A stretch of 34,372 nucleotides of DNA from Minisyncoccota bacterium. Its GTDB lineage: Bacteria; Patescibacteriota; Minisyncoccia; Phycocordibacterales; JBBDKB01. Below the pieces are notes generated by a model. The model searched no databases and had not been told where the DNA came from. It saw nothing but the letters and a program-made list of their open reading frames with translations. Positions 33,011 to 34,372 of this stretch are shown in pieces (positions within the stretch are counted from its first letter, which is position 1; the number at the start of each line of letters is the position of its first letter). The position numbers and the translations under genes are program-made. The DNA lies in contig JBBDKB010000030.1 in assembly GCA_040879605.1 (NCBI GenBank), positions 6,821-41,192 on the forward strand, given 5' to 3'.

Positions 33011-34372
33011 TTACTTTTGACTTTGCGTGGTGGTGTTTGCAAACAATTCTGGATGCGTCGCCTGAAAGGCTTCCAACGCTCCCCGAAGTTTCTTTTCTGT
33101 CCCATCTTCAATTTTTTTTGTCTTTCGAATTGACTCGGCAATCTCTGGATACTCCCGCTCCATATAATGCAGGAGCCTCACTTCCGCTTCTTCAATTTTC
33201 TCAACCGGAACATTTCTAAAGTACTCGTTGACTGCCGCAAAAATGACAAGCACCTGCCGCTCAAACGCCATCGGCTGATTTTTGTTTTGTTTTAGAATCT
33301 CTGTGAGACGTTGCCCTGATTCAATGCGCCGCTTTGTATCAGGATCCAAGTCGGACGCAAACTGCATGAAGGCTTCAAGCTCGCGGAACTGTGCAAGCTC
33401 AAGACGAATTTTTCCAGCGACAGCCTTCATCGCCTTTGTCTGTGCTGAAGAGCCAACACGAGAAACCGAGAGCCCTACGTCAATCGCAGGCTTCAGGTTC
33501 TTGTTGAAAAGATCAGTATCAAGATAAATTTGTCCATCGGTAATGGAAATAACGTTCGTTGGAATGTAGGCAGAGACATCTCCCTCTTGCGTCTCAATAA
33601 TTGGAAGTGCGGTGAGTGACCCGCCACCTTTTTCATCACTAAGCTTCGCCGCTCGCTCAAGAAGACGCGAATGTAAGTAGAAAATATCCCCTGGGTAGGC
33701 TTCGCGCCCTGGTGGACGCCGCAAAAGAAGTGAGAGCTGACGATAAGCAACCGCGTGCTTTGAGAGGTCGTCATAAATAATAAGCGCATCCTTTCCCTTC
33801 TCCATAAAGTACTCTCCAATCGCGGCTCCTGCATACGGAGCCAAGAATTGAAGTGCCGCAGGAGCACTTGCCGGAGCATCAACAACAATTGTGTACTCCA
33901 TTGCACCGCGCTCTTTTAGCTCTGCGACAATACGAGCTGTTTTCGATTCCTTCTGTCCTATTGCAACATAAATACAAATCGGACGAGTCGCTTCTGGCTC
34001 ATTTTTCTGATTCAAGATTGTGTCTGTTGCAATTGTTGTTTTCCCTGTGAAGCGATCACCAATAATAAGCTCGCGCTGTCCTCGCCCGATCGGGATCATA
34101 GAGTCAATCGCCTTCAAGCCTATATGTAGCGGAGTATCGACAGATTTTCTGTCAATCACACCGTATGCTTCGCGCTCAACAGGGTAGCGAGTTGTAGAAG
34201 TAATTTTCCCCTTTCCGTCGATGGCTTCACCAAGCGGCGAGAGCACTCTCCCAATAAGTTCTTCTCCAACAGGAATTGAGAGCACTTCATTAGTCCGCTT
34301 TACAAGCGTGCCTTCAGATACCTCCTCGGCTCCTCCAAGAATCACTGCGCGCACCACATCCTCTTCAAGGTT
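33011..34372 (-). CDS. atpA: ATP synthase F1 alpha subunit (5' end outside the window)
   Basis: [29 protein letters not shown] and [13 protein letters not shown]; the frame is open to the window edge. Confidence 0.99.
   Translation of the reverse strand, partial: NLEEDVVRAVILGGAEEVSEGTLVKRTNEVLSIPVGEELIGRVLSPLGEAIDGKGKITSTTRYPVEREAYGVIDRKSVDTPLHIGLKAIDSMIPIGRGQRELIIGDRFTGKTTIATDTILNQKNEPEATRPICIYVAIGQKESKTARIVAELKERGAMEYTIVVDAPASAPAALQFLAPYAGAAIGEYFMEKGKDALIIYDDLSKHAVAYRQLSLLLRRPPGREAYPGDIFYLHSRLLERAAKLSDEKGGGSLTALPIIETQEGDVSAYIPTNVISITDGQIYLDTDLFNKNLKPAIDVGLSVSRVGSSAQTKAMKAVAGKIRLELAQFRELEAFMQFASDLDPDTKRRIESGQRLTEILKQNKNQPMAFERQVLVIFAAVNEYFRNVPVEKIEEAEVRLLHYMEREYPEIAESIRKTKKIEDGTEKKLRGALEAFQATHPELFANTTTQSQK

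Overview
A 34.4-kb chromosomal window from a small-genome bacterium. Gene content suggests Patescibacteria/CPR, probably Parcubacteria (inference from the truncated AlaS, L13 and AtpC and from CPR-typical hypothetical genes). TGA is used as a stop codon. About 40 genes are present and all but one lie on the minus strand. They are grpE-dnaK-dnaJ, infA-rpmJ-rpsM-rpsK-rpsD-rpoA-rplQ-rplM-rpsI, alaS, an accessory block (M3 peptidase, EamA, HD hydrolase, family-4 UDG, MGMT, two PD-(D/E)XK nucleases), mnmA, mltG, leuS, ychF and atpA-G-D-C. No rRNA, tRNA, CRISPR array or transposase was seen. The notable signals are mostly non-coding. (1) Two homologous ~200-260 nt structured elements with co-varying stems sit in front of rplQ and rpsK, with a possible third before rpmJ and a related four-way-junction element after atpC. 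(2) Eleven perfect or near-perfect palindromes of 20-45 bp lie in intergenic spacers, mostly in families that share a core but differ in their arms. (3) leuS carries a Nudix domain plus two in-frame, helically phased CGCGGA-repeat insertions. (4) Many genes have leaderless promoters, with the -10 box about 6 nt from the ATG. All calls were made by eye from sequence and motifs; no searches or folding programs were run.
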